NCBI GenBank assembly: GCA_965603825.1
Contig: CBFDEM010000018.1
Location: forward strand, 620,001 to 684,000
DNA length: 64,000 bases
Direction: 5' to 3'
Origin: Blepharisma stoltei ATCC 30299
Taxonomy: Eukaryota > Protista > Ciliophora
Under the pieces are notes generated by a model. It was given only the letters and a program-made list of their open reading frames with translations. It ran no database searches and was not told the DNA's origin. A program made the position numbers and the translations under genes. Every line of letters starts with the position of its first letter. The stretch's first letter is position 1. Below are positions 12,564 through 23,641 of the stretch, in pieces.

Positions 12564-13456
12564 TTTAGAAGTTATGTATTATACTTTCTGAAAATGAAAA
12601 AAATATCCAAGGACTTATAAAAATAAATCAATAGGGTAAACCTGCAATTTATTGATTAATTCTTAGATAAATAAACTTAAAGACATCATAAGCAATCGAA
12701 AATAATGGATGTTTTAACTATGTTAGATATAGTTAAAATAACGAAAGCCATAATTTCATAGAATATACCATCAAGATTATTTACAAACCACGCTTTAAGA
12801 ATTATCTAAATTATTATCACCATTTTCTTAATTATCAATTATTTTACAATTTTGTATTGGCAACAGAAAACAAGAATTATTTAAAATATTTATTGAAATA
12901 ATATATTTTCTCTATAGGTCAGTTGCTTATTTTTGGTTTTCATCATTTGAACCGTGCTTTTCATATTTTAAATCCGATATAACTGAGTAGCTGTTTCTTC
13001 ATACTGAAAATCAGGTTGCAACTCTTCAAAAATTAAGATAGATAATCTGATACTGACTAAACTGAAATTGATCATCATTGAAAACTTGGCTTAGCCCAAC
13101 ATAAGGTGAGCTCATATATCTTATTTAAAATCAATATTTATTTAGCTGTCATACTGAAATAAAAGAATCTTGAATCTTTTAATTTAAGATCGTCTTATCT
13201 TACCCAGCAATCCACTATAAATATTAAAAAAGTATTAAAACCAAATCTTATTTAATGATGCACAAAAAAGTAATTTAAACGCTTATGTTTATGCAAATTT
13301 ATATCCATATAGAGTTCATTATTATATTTATTTTCTTTATATTTATAAATAGAAAGATAATAGTAATTCAAAGAAACAAGTCAATTGAATATTAATGAAT
13401 TAAATGATTATGGATATTATTAATTATTAAAGATATCCAATATATGTATAAAGAGT

Positions 13457-14386
13457 CTAATTATCAAATTTCTCATAACTCTTTTTCCCTTTCATTTTGG
13501 TAGATATCACTCCTATGCCTATCCCTACCAGTGCTCCTAGAGACAGAAAAACTATCATATGTGTAACATTAAACCGAGTTTGTGTGCTTTCAATTTTATT
13601 TCGGTTTTTTATATTGAAATCTAGCTCCTCAGCCTGTTTTTCTAGATTCTCAAAATGCTGAATATTGGTTAAAGTTTGGTCTTTTAATATAGATTTTATA
13701 TTGGACGTAAGCAGAAGAATTTCTTGGGTCTGTTCTTTTACATACTTTCTAAGCTCCTCAATTTCAATTCTTAATGCTTCGAATTCTCCTTTCCATTTAT
13801 TAGAAAACTCAGCAGATCGGTCTTCAATCACAAATTCATACTGTACCGCTTTCTCGTGCTCAATTTCTTCCTCTTCTTCTGTATGCTCATGGTGATTTTC
13901 TTCGTCAGGCTGCTCTATTCCATCATGTACATCACTCAAATTTTCATTTATTCCTTGATTTTTTTCGCTATATTCTTCTATTTGTTTATCAATCCAATTA
14001 ATAAAATTTATTTTCGTCCTTTCTGAATCAAAAAACGAGAAAATTTTATTAGAAAAAGGTGCGATGATCCCAATTGTGGGGTATTCTCGGATTTGGAAAT
14101 CATTCCCCATTTTGACGTTAACTTGCATGTTTGCACGGGAAATTTCGAGGTCGTCCCTTTTTCAGTTGCTTTGAGGGTCTTTAAAGTGCTTTCATACTGC
14201 TTCGTATTCAGGAAACATGTGCTGGCAAAAGTGGCATCATGGGGCGTAAAATTCTAGGACGATAAATTTGTTTGATCCAATATGCTGCAGGTAGTTATTA
14301 TCTGTTAGCTCTAATGTTAAAGAATCTTCTCACCAGCCACCTTTGCATTCGAAGAAGTCACCTAAAAGTATTAGAATCATCCACAT
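13457..14386 (-). CDS. Membrane-anchored thioredoxin/PDI-like protein (WCHFC), 309 aa
   Basis: Signal-like N-terminus, LELTDNNY, VLEFYAP(TGA=W)CHFC and EYPTI cis-Pro loop, then an acidic linker, coiled coil and C-terminal TM. Four in-frame TGA. Stop TAG. Confidence 0.88.
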
Positions 14387-15024
14387 TCTCTAATAAATTA
14401 CAAGACTTTTAAGATTTCCATTTTTTCTGTCCAGATTCAAGCTGATGTTCTTGTTAATATAGAAATACAGCAAAACATACCTTTTCAAAATATTCAGAAT
14501 TTAGAAGCTAAAAAAAATAAGAATCAAATGAATGCAAATGACAAGAGGATAAAATAAGAAAACAAAAAAGTTAAAACATTTTCATTCTGCAATGCCTGCT
14601 TTAGATACTTTAAACAAATCATTAGATTAATATGGTTATTGCTTTAAATTTTATCAAAGGTAGATTGATAAAAATTTCTTAATTTTTATGAAATACGACA
14701 ATTAAAATTTTGGATAATTACGATTTAAGAGCTTGAAAAGCAATTAAAATAAGTAACCCCTCAATAAAATAGCTAAAATTTCAAGATATGAGTTGAGAGA
14801 AACTTAAATTGTAAAAAACTCTATTGAAATAATTTTGAGTTCAATATACTTGCTAAATGATAATGCGATAACTCCTTCTATAAAATTTGGTTTTAATATC
14901 ATGACTAAGAATTGATTAGAGGTATAATTATTTACTAAATATCACCAAGTCACTTATTTCTTATATTTATATTTTTTCAATATTTTTGGCATCTAAATAT
15001 AATTTTATATATTTTATTTGGTAA

Positions 15025-16188
15025 ATGGAACATCCCTCTTTTGCAACAACTGACCAACTCGTTTCAGAATCACCTCCAAACACACAGCCTGAGCAACTCC
15101 GCAATTCCTTTACTCTACAGATGACCGAGGATCAACCCCCTAGAGTTGAAATCGTAGAGGACCTCTCAGTGATTCCCCCAACCCCCAAATCTCCAATCCC
15201 GCCATGTTAGGCATCCCCAAATTCGAATGAGACAACATCAAACTAGAGATGCTACCGAACTATAAGGGCCTGAGTCAGGATCTGAACATGGATGAGCCCT
15301 GAGGTCTACAAAATCCATCATCGTCAACTGGCGATTTCCTCTTTGGATGCCACTGTCAGACGGTACAGAAGGAACGCGATACTTCTTAGGAAGTGCTTAT
15401 CTTACGGAAAAGACCGTGCGGATATGGCAATGCTACTCGGGTACTTGCGCCAGCTCGCCCCAATCCCTTGGATACAACTACATGATCGAATTGGAATTCT
15501 ATATAGTGCTCTAATGCACTTTGCCCCTGGATTCAACAACGATGAATGGTTTGAACTACTAAATATGAATAACCCGCAGATTTTAAAGAGAATTGAACAC
15601 CGACTGACTCAAACAGAGGACTCCAGGACCTGGTGGAAAGACATAATCAGTGTGTATAACGCCATACCAAATGCTTGGAAGTGGGAAGAAGAGAAGTTCG
15701 ATTTGATCAGAGCACTGAATGATCCCGAATGGAGTAGCCAAATTAATACAGTCAAAATACTGGACGTCTCAGAGATAGCCCACAACACTTCAAAAGAATT
15801 GCAAGAGTTTAAGGCGCAGATCGAAAAGAAAATTGAACTACAAAATCAAGAAAACCTACGACTTGTACAGAAGGTAAAGGAACTGACGCTCAAACTAGAG
15901 GCTATCCACAAACAACTGGATGATAACTGTAAAACGATTTATTCCTCCCCACCCTCTTCTAACAATTCTCGGAGAAACTATATTTCTCGCGACAATGCAC
16001 ACCCAGCAAGACAACCTACACCTGCTTCACTGACAACCTCTCTGATGCCTCAGATAAACGCTCCCTTAACGCCCCAAGCAAATTTCCAATTCGTTCTCGG
16101 ATCTCAGGTGAAGACCTCTGCTGAGTCCACACACAGCAAAGGAAACTTTGTCAAGCCAGAAGCGAAACCCCTTTCGAAATCTACATAA
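15025..16188 (+). pseudogene. Compositionally atypical ORF interrupted at about 15200-15300 (in-frame TAGs or a frameshift pair); function unknown
   Basis: The same-frame ORFs 15025-15210 and 15292-16188 are separated by TAG 15208 and TAG 15244, and no GT-AG 15/16-mer removes them. The region is visibly richer in C/G than its neighbours. 15292-16188 could be an intact 298-aa gene on its own. Confidence 0.5.
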
Positions 16189-16275
16189 TCCCATACCCTT
16201 TAATTTAAATTTCTATCTTATTATCGTTTATTATTTTTGCAATTTTTAATAAATTTCATCAGTATTATTTCACAT

Positions 16276-18093
16276 TTATTTTTTCTTCTTCAATACTAAA
16301 AATTGCTTCTTTATTTGATCAATAAAGCTCCTTGTCAAAGAATTTGGAATTATCACATAGCAATGCACCTTTTTGCTACCACTAAAATAGAATGTCAAAA
16401 TTTTCTGTGTTGAGTTTATTGATGTGATTTTTAACAGATCAATTATCTTGAACTCTTCTGTTACTCTAGAATCTGTGGATAATTCAGGGTCTCCTAAGAT
16501 ACCAATAGTTAAATATTGGGATTTTAAATAGAAAAAATAATTTTCATCATAGATGGTGTTAGAATTTTTGTCATATTTCTTACTGATAAAAAATGATGAT
16601 GCTGGATCAGATTTTTGAAGGTTGTTTTCTGACTGTAACTTTGCTTCAAGAGCAAGCTTTTCTAGATTTGAATCCAAAGAAAAAGTCCTTCTCATAGTGC
16701 CTAGCATTGATGATCTAAATTTTTTTAATTTTGACTTCATTAGACTTGCAATATTCGGGCCATCAGGTGTGCAAACTAAGCAATATTCCTCTTGATGATT
16801 TTCCAACTGCAGCTTATAATGCATTGCAAATTCATGGCATTTTTCAAAGCCTCCTTCAGCGAGACTTATATGTGAAAACCCATTTTTTTCAAAGCAAATC
16901 AATAACCGTTCGAGAGTATTTAAATCAGGGTTTTCTTGGTTCATTTCATCATAATTTGTGTTTGCTATCGTTTCTTCTGAACTTAAAATACAAAAATGAA
17001 AAATTTCTTTCATTTTTTCATACTGATCTACAATCTGCTGCAAATTTTCATCACTTACAAAGAACGGGACACTGACTACAATAGAGTTTGGGACTGTTCC
17101 AGCTTGTTGTTCATTTTCTGTCCTAAAATCAATTAAAAATAATGGAATGTCGTTAGTTTTGTTTATGCACCATGCACAGTCATTATGCTTACAGTTGCAG
17201 ATGCTCATTTCTGGGTATGCTCTGTGCATGATTTCTCTTGGATGCACAGTAAAGCACAGATCTTTTTCTAATGAAGAAATATATGAGTCTACATGGTCTA
17301 TGTTATAGATATTGATTTGGTTTAGTTTTATTTTTATTGAGTAAGGCATATTTGATTTAATTCGAGATGCAATTTTCAAAATTTCTGTCAACTCCTGCAT
17401 GCTATGTATAGAAAGCTGCGAAAGTGTTTGTGGAATCGATATTTCTTCCTGTGCCAAAATATGATTTTTGCTGTAAGTAAGCAAAGCAACTGCTATATAA
17501 GCTACAAAAATATAATCTTTTTCTTTTATCAGGGTTTCCCATAGTTTATAGATAATTTCTATATCATTGATTTTGCTTGAAAATACAGTGATGAATCAGC
17601 AGGTAGAAAACAGCTCAGGAGATATCCCATGGGTATGGAAATAAGAGCTTAAGACAGGCTCATGATATCTGAGTAGCAATTTAAAAATTATGAATAAAGC
17701 ATGGAGAGGCTTAAAGTCCTAAATATAATTTACAGTACCAAACATCTTTGGCAATACTTGCTGTATGAAGCTTTCGAATAAGCAGTATGCTTGCTGCAGA
17801 GAAATCCCTTCTCTTATCATTAAGACAAATAAAACCATAATTTCATTCATTCCTTGGGTGTATGGGGTGTTTTTTGCTTTGCAGTAATGAGTTAGTAAGA
17901 TTTCTAAGTAACCTTTTTCTTGTTCTGTAAGAATAGTTGTTCTTGTCCTTTCTACATCCAATTTTATGACCTGCTGATTAGGCAGATCAAAGTTTTGGCT
18001 AAAACCAACATTTCTGATTTCAGTGATTTGTAAAAGATCCTGAATATTCCTCACCTTTCAGATATCAAATCTTCGATTTTTTGTGCTTTCCAT
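16276..18093 (-). CDS. TBC (Rab-GAP) + rhodanese-like protein, TBC1D23-like, about 600 aa
   Basis: IKLDVERTR, YTQGMNEI, LLLRYHEP, C(TGA=W)FITVF and LWE form the TBC domain. LIDFR..GTVP and EGGFEKCH are rhodanese-like. Intron 17719-17733. Confidence 0.88.
17719..17733 (-). other. 15-nt intron (gtaaattatatttag)
   Basis: GT-AG, A at -6, in-frame TAG inside the TBC domain. Confidence 0.93.
18040..18054 (-). other. Candidate stop-less 15-nt intron (gtgaggaatattcag)
   Basis: GT-AG, A at -6. Removal gives R..IWKDLL, the usual TBC 'W..LL' spacing. Confidence 0.6.
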
Positions 18094-18218
18094 AGCTTTA
18101 TATGTTAATTTTAACTAAAACTTATTTACATATTTAAACTTTTCATATTTTTCTTTTATTGATAAAGTAGCTTAAGTATATCTCAATGTCTAAATATTTC
18201 TTTTCAGTTACAATAAAT

Positions 18219-18890
18219 ATGTACTTTCTCGCACTTCTTTTATCTGCAGCTTCTGGAGCTACCTGCCCTCTGTGGAGCTGCAGTACTTCACTGGCAACTG
18301 GAGTCTGTGTTGAATACCAGGATTCGAGCACCTACTTAGTCAACTATAATGGCTGCCCTTCAAGTGCTCCTTACTGCAACTACGAGTCTGTCCTAAGTTG
18401 GATCCCTAACGCATTCTCAGGCTACACCTGGAGCTGTGAAACTACTAACACAACTGACTATTGGACAGTTCCATCCAGCTCCAATTATTTAGCCTGCAAG
18501 CCAAAATATTACAATAAAAATCTCGCATCCGGCTCTCACCCAAAAGAATGCAGCACTATAGGCTCTACAGACTCTAATTGTATTTTAAAGGACGGGAGCT
18601 ATTCAGAATGCAAATGTGGACTAAATGGAAAAGCTTACTGCGTCCCTGAGCCGTCATCTGAAGCGTTTTCCGATTACTGGACACAATGCTGTACAATTAA
18701 TTGTGGACACATGGATACGTTTAAGCATTACTTGTATTGGTATTTGAAGATGGAGTATTATGTGGAGTATATAAGTGGGTATAGCTGCACAAAAATATTT
18801 ACCCAGTTCTCAGATATTGATAATTTGGATTATGTCGGAGATGGGGCCATTGGGCTACTGATGGGACTGGGAGCAGTAATCTTACTATAA
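18219..18890 (+). CDS. Cysteine-rich secreted, probably GPI-anchored surface protein, 223 aa
   Basis: Signal peptide MYFLALLLSAASGA, many Cys (ECKCGLNGKAYCVP) and a hydrophobic tail GAIGLLMGLGAVILL. Confidence 0.8.
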   Translation: MYFLALLLSAASGATCPLWSCSTSLATGVCVEYQDSSTYLVNYNGCPSSAPYCNYESVLSWIPNAFSGYTWSCETTNTTDYWTVPSSSNYLACKPKYYNKNLASGSHPKECSTIGSTDSNCILKDGSYSECKCGLNGKAYCVPEPSSEAFSDYWTQCCTINCGHMDTFKHYLYWYLKMEYYVEYISGYSCTKIFTQFSDIDNLDYVGDGAIGLLMGLGAVILL

Positions 18891-19009
18891 TTCTTTAGAT
18901 TTTTAATTGTAATTTGTTAAACTGATTGAAATTTAAATTAATTTGATAACTAAGCTAGATTTATTAGGTTTTTTGAAGGGTAGTTATAGATAACAAATAT
19001 TCACATTAA

Positions 19010-19360
19010 TTACTTAAAAAATCTTTCTGAACTCTCAAAGATTCCAGAAGCAATTAATTCTTGAATAGGAACACTGTCTAGTTTTACAGCGAACCTTGGG
19101 TTTAGAGAAGTTATACATGTCGCGTTTCTAAGACAATGCCCAAGAACGCTTTCAAACGATGAGCTTCTTCTATGAGAACTTGGATAAGACGATGACTTTA
19201 CACCTTTATCTGAAAAATTAGACGAGTGCCTATTGAAGTTTGTATCATCGTGAAAATGATAATTCAGATCATTTCTAGGGAGAAGGTTAAAATCAAAGTC
19301 TTCGTTTGAATCTAATGTACTTACATATCCGTCTAGGTTATCTGACGCTTTATTTACCAT
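19010..19360 (-). CDS. Hypothetical Ser-rich protein, 116 aa
   Basis: ATG after an A-rich leader, TAA stop and coding-like composition. No motif recognised. Confidence 0.55.
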   Translation of the reverse strand: MVNKASDNLDGYVSTLDSNEDFDFNLLPRNDLNYHFHDDTNFNRHSSNFSDKGVKSSSYPSSHRRSSSFESVLGHCLRNATCITSLNPRFAVKLDSVPIQELIASGIFESSERFFK

Positions 19361-19525
19361 TTATGATTATTAAGAATGAGGATTAGATGGAGGTTATAGC
19401 GTTTTTATAAATTATGGGGATTGGGAAATTTTTAATAAAAGAAAAGAAATTATGCAGAGCTGTGGAGGACTATAAAAAAGGTAATTTTTATTGGGTAAAT
19501 AGGAAAGTTAATGTATATTAAATAA

Positions 19526-20254
19526 TTAAGACTTTGGGATTTTTTCTTTAGCAGGCTTTGGCTCGCTTTTTTTCGCCTTTTTTGGTTTTGCAGCTGCCTC
19601 TTTTTGAGTAAGATTAAATTTCCTGAGATTCATAGAATTTCCATCTTTAAACCCAATTTCTATTTTCTTATCTAATACTCCTAAAGCCATTCTTGAAAAC
19701 TCAATTTGTTTATTTTTTTCTTTTGCTATAATGGCGCTTTTACTTTTCTGTGTATTCCAATTATATTTTTCTACAAGATCCTTTAGCTCAGAGTCGCAAA
19801 AAAAGCTTGATTTTCCAACTTTGACTTCTAAAAAGCTTCCTTTGTCATCAATCATGTATCTGTATTCGTTATTAATCAGTTTTTTGGATTTGCAGTAATC
19901 ATTTAGCAATTTGTTAGCATGGACTAGTGCTTTTTCATTTGACTCATGATCAGCAATTGGGACTTTTGCTATGAGGCTTGACCTATACATAAGTCTATAT
20001 GTTTTATTTTGCAATTTCATTGTGGCTAAGTTTTTGCCGCCAATTCATTCCCCTATTAGATCATCTGGCTCTGGAGATTTATCATCTTGAAATTGATGAT
20101 GCGGGATAGTTGAATATGGCATGTTTGAAGCTAATAAGCTTGAAAATAAAGTATTTCCAGCTAATCCTGAAGCTAAATCATTAGCGACGATAGAACTTTC
20201 AGAAATCGATCTCAAAATCTACATTATAAGTACTTTGGCAAACTTAAAAACCAT
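19526..20254 (-). CDS. AP2-like + degenerate HNH-like protein, 237 aa
   Basis: ATG 20254, intron 20219-20233, GE(TGA=W)IGGK. FFCD..LVEKYNW..FSRMALG..IGFKDGNSMNLRKFNL parallels HNH_3 'HR.I.G..VDH.DGN.LNN...NL'. The gene model is firm; the family call is tentative. Confidence 0.65.
20219..20233 (-). other. 15-nt intron (gtacttataatgtag)
   Basis: GT-AG, A at -6, in-frame TAG. Links ATG 20254 to the open frame. Confidence 0.85.
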
Positions 20255-20595
20255 AAATAGAGAGGACATAATTAATGATAAAATACAAGGGTGGAAAGTC
20301 TACCATGTATATACAATTTTTTCAATATTAAATACAAATAGTAATTTTCGCACTATATTATTGGGTAATATTTTCCACTCAAAATAATCAAAACACAAAA
20401 ATAGTTGGAATTTAATTTAATTTCTTTAATAAAGTATTTTCATATTATTTCTTTATTAATATTTTAGTTGATAATATTTTTAAAAATTCTTGGAATGAAT
20501 TATTGCACAAAAATGATTTTTCAAATCCAATTCCTTGATTTAAATTTTTCTGATATAAATTCAATTATAAAATATTTTTTAATTAATTTGTTAAA

Positions 20596-20944
20596 TTTTT
20601 ATTTCTCGCCTACCCAATATAATATCCAATAACTATCTCAATAGAATTTCCAGCGATTAATTTTAAATTCATTATGCAAGCTTATGGAAAAATTTTCCAT
20701 ATTGTCTTCCCCAAGTTCTGCTTCAAAAAGTTTCCTTGTTATATCAATAATTTCGTCTTACTTGGCCAGCATAATCTAGCATCATTATTCTTTCATTTAG
20801 AATCATGGTTACCTCCAATTATGTCCATTAGCGCACCAGCCAGTATAGGTTGCGCTTGGGTAGAATTCGCCTTCATAAGAAATATCATCGCCTATAATAA
20901 AGTTCATTCATGGAGTGTTTAGACATTTTTAAGCCTGCTAACAT
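20596..20944 (-). pseudogene. Decayed copy of the 3' half of a vWA-domain gene (paralog of 35850-36623)
   Basis: The minus strand reads NTP*MNFIIGDDISYEGEFYP..WCANGHNWR*..MKE*..LFEAELGEDNMENFS..VIGYYIG*ARNKK. It is collinear with NTPRMYFIIGDDTPHGSEFHP..GCACGHDWR..LFEAEYGEDNMETFS..VIEYYLEQARNKKK and has several TAA/TAG. Confidence 0.9.
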
Positions 20945-21006
20945 ATTTTTTAAGGAATGTTATCAAATATTGATGATTTTTATAATAACTTAATATTAAT
21001 TATTCA

Positions 21007-23391
21007 ATGGCCATTTGCATATCAAACCAGCAGAAACTGGAGCTCTCTCTTGCTGCCTTATCGCAAGACGAGAGAACTAAGGTATTCTACATTTAGCTCC
21101 AAGGCCTACTTGAAAAATGTATCAAGACTAGTGTGGACCCAGTAGAAATCCTATTGAATTCCCGAACCCCAAAACTGAACGATATCTCAGAACCAGATTC
21201 GAAGGATCCTGATTTTTCACAGTGCACGTGAAAAATTTATAATGCCCTTGGTATTTGTTATTCAGTCTATGGTAAACAATTTCCCCGCTGACGGTGCGCT
21301 TCTACACTGGTAGAAAATAATATCTTTATTTTTGGAGGTAGAGGACAAGAAAATCATTCAAGGAATTCTTTTCATATTTTAGACCTTGAGACCAACCAGC
21401 TAGTGACTTTAAAAACGAATGGGATACCAAGACCTAGGGAAGGACATTCAATGGTCACATATGAAAATTTTGTTATTGTATTCGGAGGCTGTGAGGGTGG
21501 AGAAGAAGCTAAGCCTTTTAATGATGTGAGGGTTTTTGATATGAAATCAAGCACTTGGGATTTGTCCAAAGTAAGAGGGCAAAGACCTCAGGGAAGATAT
21601 AATCATGGAGCAGCGTATCTTAACAACCAAATGTTTATTTATGGAGGAAATGGAGGGGAAACTATTTTAAGCGACATGTATTCACTGTTATTACCAAGCT
21701 ATGAATGAAGAGAGCTAACACAAGAAAATTCCCTTCCTGGGCCAAGAGAAAATATGGGTTGTACAGCTGCATGTGATAAAATTTTTATTTTTGGCGGAAA
21801 TCAGCAGACAAATGGGACGAATTTTTCTAACGAGTTATATGAAATAGAAATTATAGAATATACTGCAAACTGTATTAAAAAAATTCCTAATGGTCCAAGT
21901 CCACCAAAAAGAGTATTTCATACACTATTGAATTTAAATGATAAATATCTAGTGCTGTTTGGCGGGCAAAATGAAATATCCATGCTTAATGACGTTTGGA
22001 CTTATGAGATTGCTCAAAATCAATGGGCTGAAATACACATCTTGAATGAAATTGCTGGAAGAATTTCTTTTGGGTCTTGCATCTACAAGAATAGTTTAGT
22101 TGTCTTAGGAGGTAAAGCCTCAGATGGAGTTGTTCAAAGTGAGTTTTCTGTGTTAAATTTTAGTAAATATACTGCTGATGAAACCTCTACGATTTCTTCT
22201 ATAAAGTCTGTTCAAAATTCATCCTCCCCTACCTATTTAGCTTGCCAAAATTGTCAGCATTCTGATGAATCCTGCAATTTCACAGAAAAATTCCCTGAAA
22301 TTGGAAATTTTCGTTCCAATTTTTACGTTCTTACTCCAATTCCTAACCCTGTGCTTAAATATTTTTCAGAAGAGTTTGATAATCCTTTATTGTCAATTCT
22401 AAGAATAGCTGAAATCATCGGGAAAGAAGATTTTAGAATTAAAAATATAGGAAGAGGCTTAGTGAGAGGGTCAACTTATTTAAAAGTGACCCCAGAGCCT
22501 GCTAAAATTGATTTTAATTTTCTTCATGCCAAACTAAACCAAGAATATCATTTAAGACAAGAAATGATAGCAAATTGGAAATCTTGTAAGACTGATAAAA
22601 ACGTAATGATTTTAGGCTTAGAAACATCTGCGATGTATACTCCTGAAGAAATCATGGGATTTTGCAATAATCCAGGCAAAAATAACATTATTTTCCCTCT
22701 GATGAGAATTTCTGAAATTGCAGCCATTGTGAGTAGAAATGAAGAATTTTTAAGTGCTCTGGTAATTGAAAGGCAAAATCAGTTTTCTCCCTGCTTTTTT
22801 GTCGTTTTTGACAAGAGCAATAAGCCTGTTTACCCTATAAAAGAAGCTTATAATGGGAATATTATTAATATCACCAGAAGGAGCCATTTAGATTTACCAT
22901 CTATTTTATCACACAGTTTCGGTACCACAATTTATGTATACTCCTCTGATTTTGAAAGTGAGCTCAATGAAATTTATTACAAAAACATCGAAATGACCAC
23001 TTTTTTAAAATTTGCCTATTTAAAATCCCCATTTCCTCTAAAATTCTATATAAATTCCACACTTATTGAAAAAGACACATCAAAAAAGAATTTTTCAACC
23101 GGAATTGCTTCGAATTCTCAATGGGAAATATGAAAAACAGAAATCGACTTTTTTTCACTATTAATTTATTCCAAAAATAGACTTATTTATTGGGAAACTA
23201 AGAAAAACAATATAAGACGATGTAGGGAAAAGGAGTCAATAATTGTGAAACTTTTAACAGATGAGCTGATATCGCCTATTACAAATCAAATTAAATGGGA
23301 AAAAGAGACCATGTACTTATTTGCTGATATATATAGAGAAGGCACAAAAAGAAAAAAAGGTTTAGCTTCTGATGATTATGTCTATACTTAA
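21007..23391 (+). CDS. Kelch-repeat protein fused to a degenerate MORC-type GHKL/S5 module, about 785-789 aa
   Basis: Six Kelch blades (IFGG, VFGG, IYGG, IFGG, LFGG, VLGG; PRPREGHS, PQGRYNHG). The C-terminal half follows MORC motif order. Intron 21082-21096, four TGA, TAA 23389-23391. Confidence 0.85.
21082..21096 (+). other. 15-nt intron (gtattctacatttag)
   Basis: GT-AG, A at -6, in-frame TAG. Confidence 0.88.
21251..21265 (+). other. Candidate stop-less 15-nt intron (gtatttgttattcag)
   Basis: GT-AG, A at -6. Removal brings the first Kelch W..G..PR spacing closer to that of the other blades. Confidence 0.55.
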
Positions 23392-23452
23392 TCTATACAA
23401 TAATATATGAAACTCTGGTATAAATAATAAAATTTTGTAAGTGTTCCAGCAT

Positions 23453-23535
23453 GGCTGTTTGCCCGAGTGGTTAAGGGGGCAGACTTAAGATCTGCTGGAT
23501 CAACGTCCGCGTGGGTTCGAACCCCACAGCAGCCA
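23453..23535 (+). tRNA. trnL-UAA: tRNA-Leu (anticodon UAA)
   Basis: Acceptor stem GGCTGTT/AGCAGCC plus discriminator A. D-loop AGTGGTTAA, anticodon arm GCAGA-CTTAAGA-TCTGC, long variable arm and T-arm GTGGG-TTCGAAC-CCCAC. Confidence 0.97.
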
Positions 23536-23540
23536 TTTTT
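23536..23540 (+). terminator. Pol III oligo-T terminator of tRNA-Leu
   Basis: TTTTT immediately follows the discriminator base. Confidence 0.8.
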
Positions 23541-23641
23541 GTAATTTTTCATAAAATTTTTATTTCGCCTACTTTTGACGATTTCAGGACTCAGCTTAGT
23601 CTATACAAAAAATAGAAATGAAAATATATTAAATAGACTCT

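Noticed and set aside
12927-13115. 62-aa minus-strand ORF that opens only with UGA=Trp
   Set aside because: Three clustered TGAs, no motif, and an alternative frame looks equally protein-like. It may be a relic but is unsupported.
14228-14239. TGA next to the thioredoxin CxxC as selenocysteine
   Set aside because: It occupies the Trp of WCxxC and both Cys are present. UGA=Trp explains it.
15208-15246. TAG readthrough (Gln) as in other ciliate codes
   Set aside because: TAG is a genuine stop in at least six genes here, and no conserved gene has an unexplained in-frame TAA/TAG.
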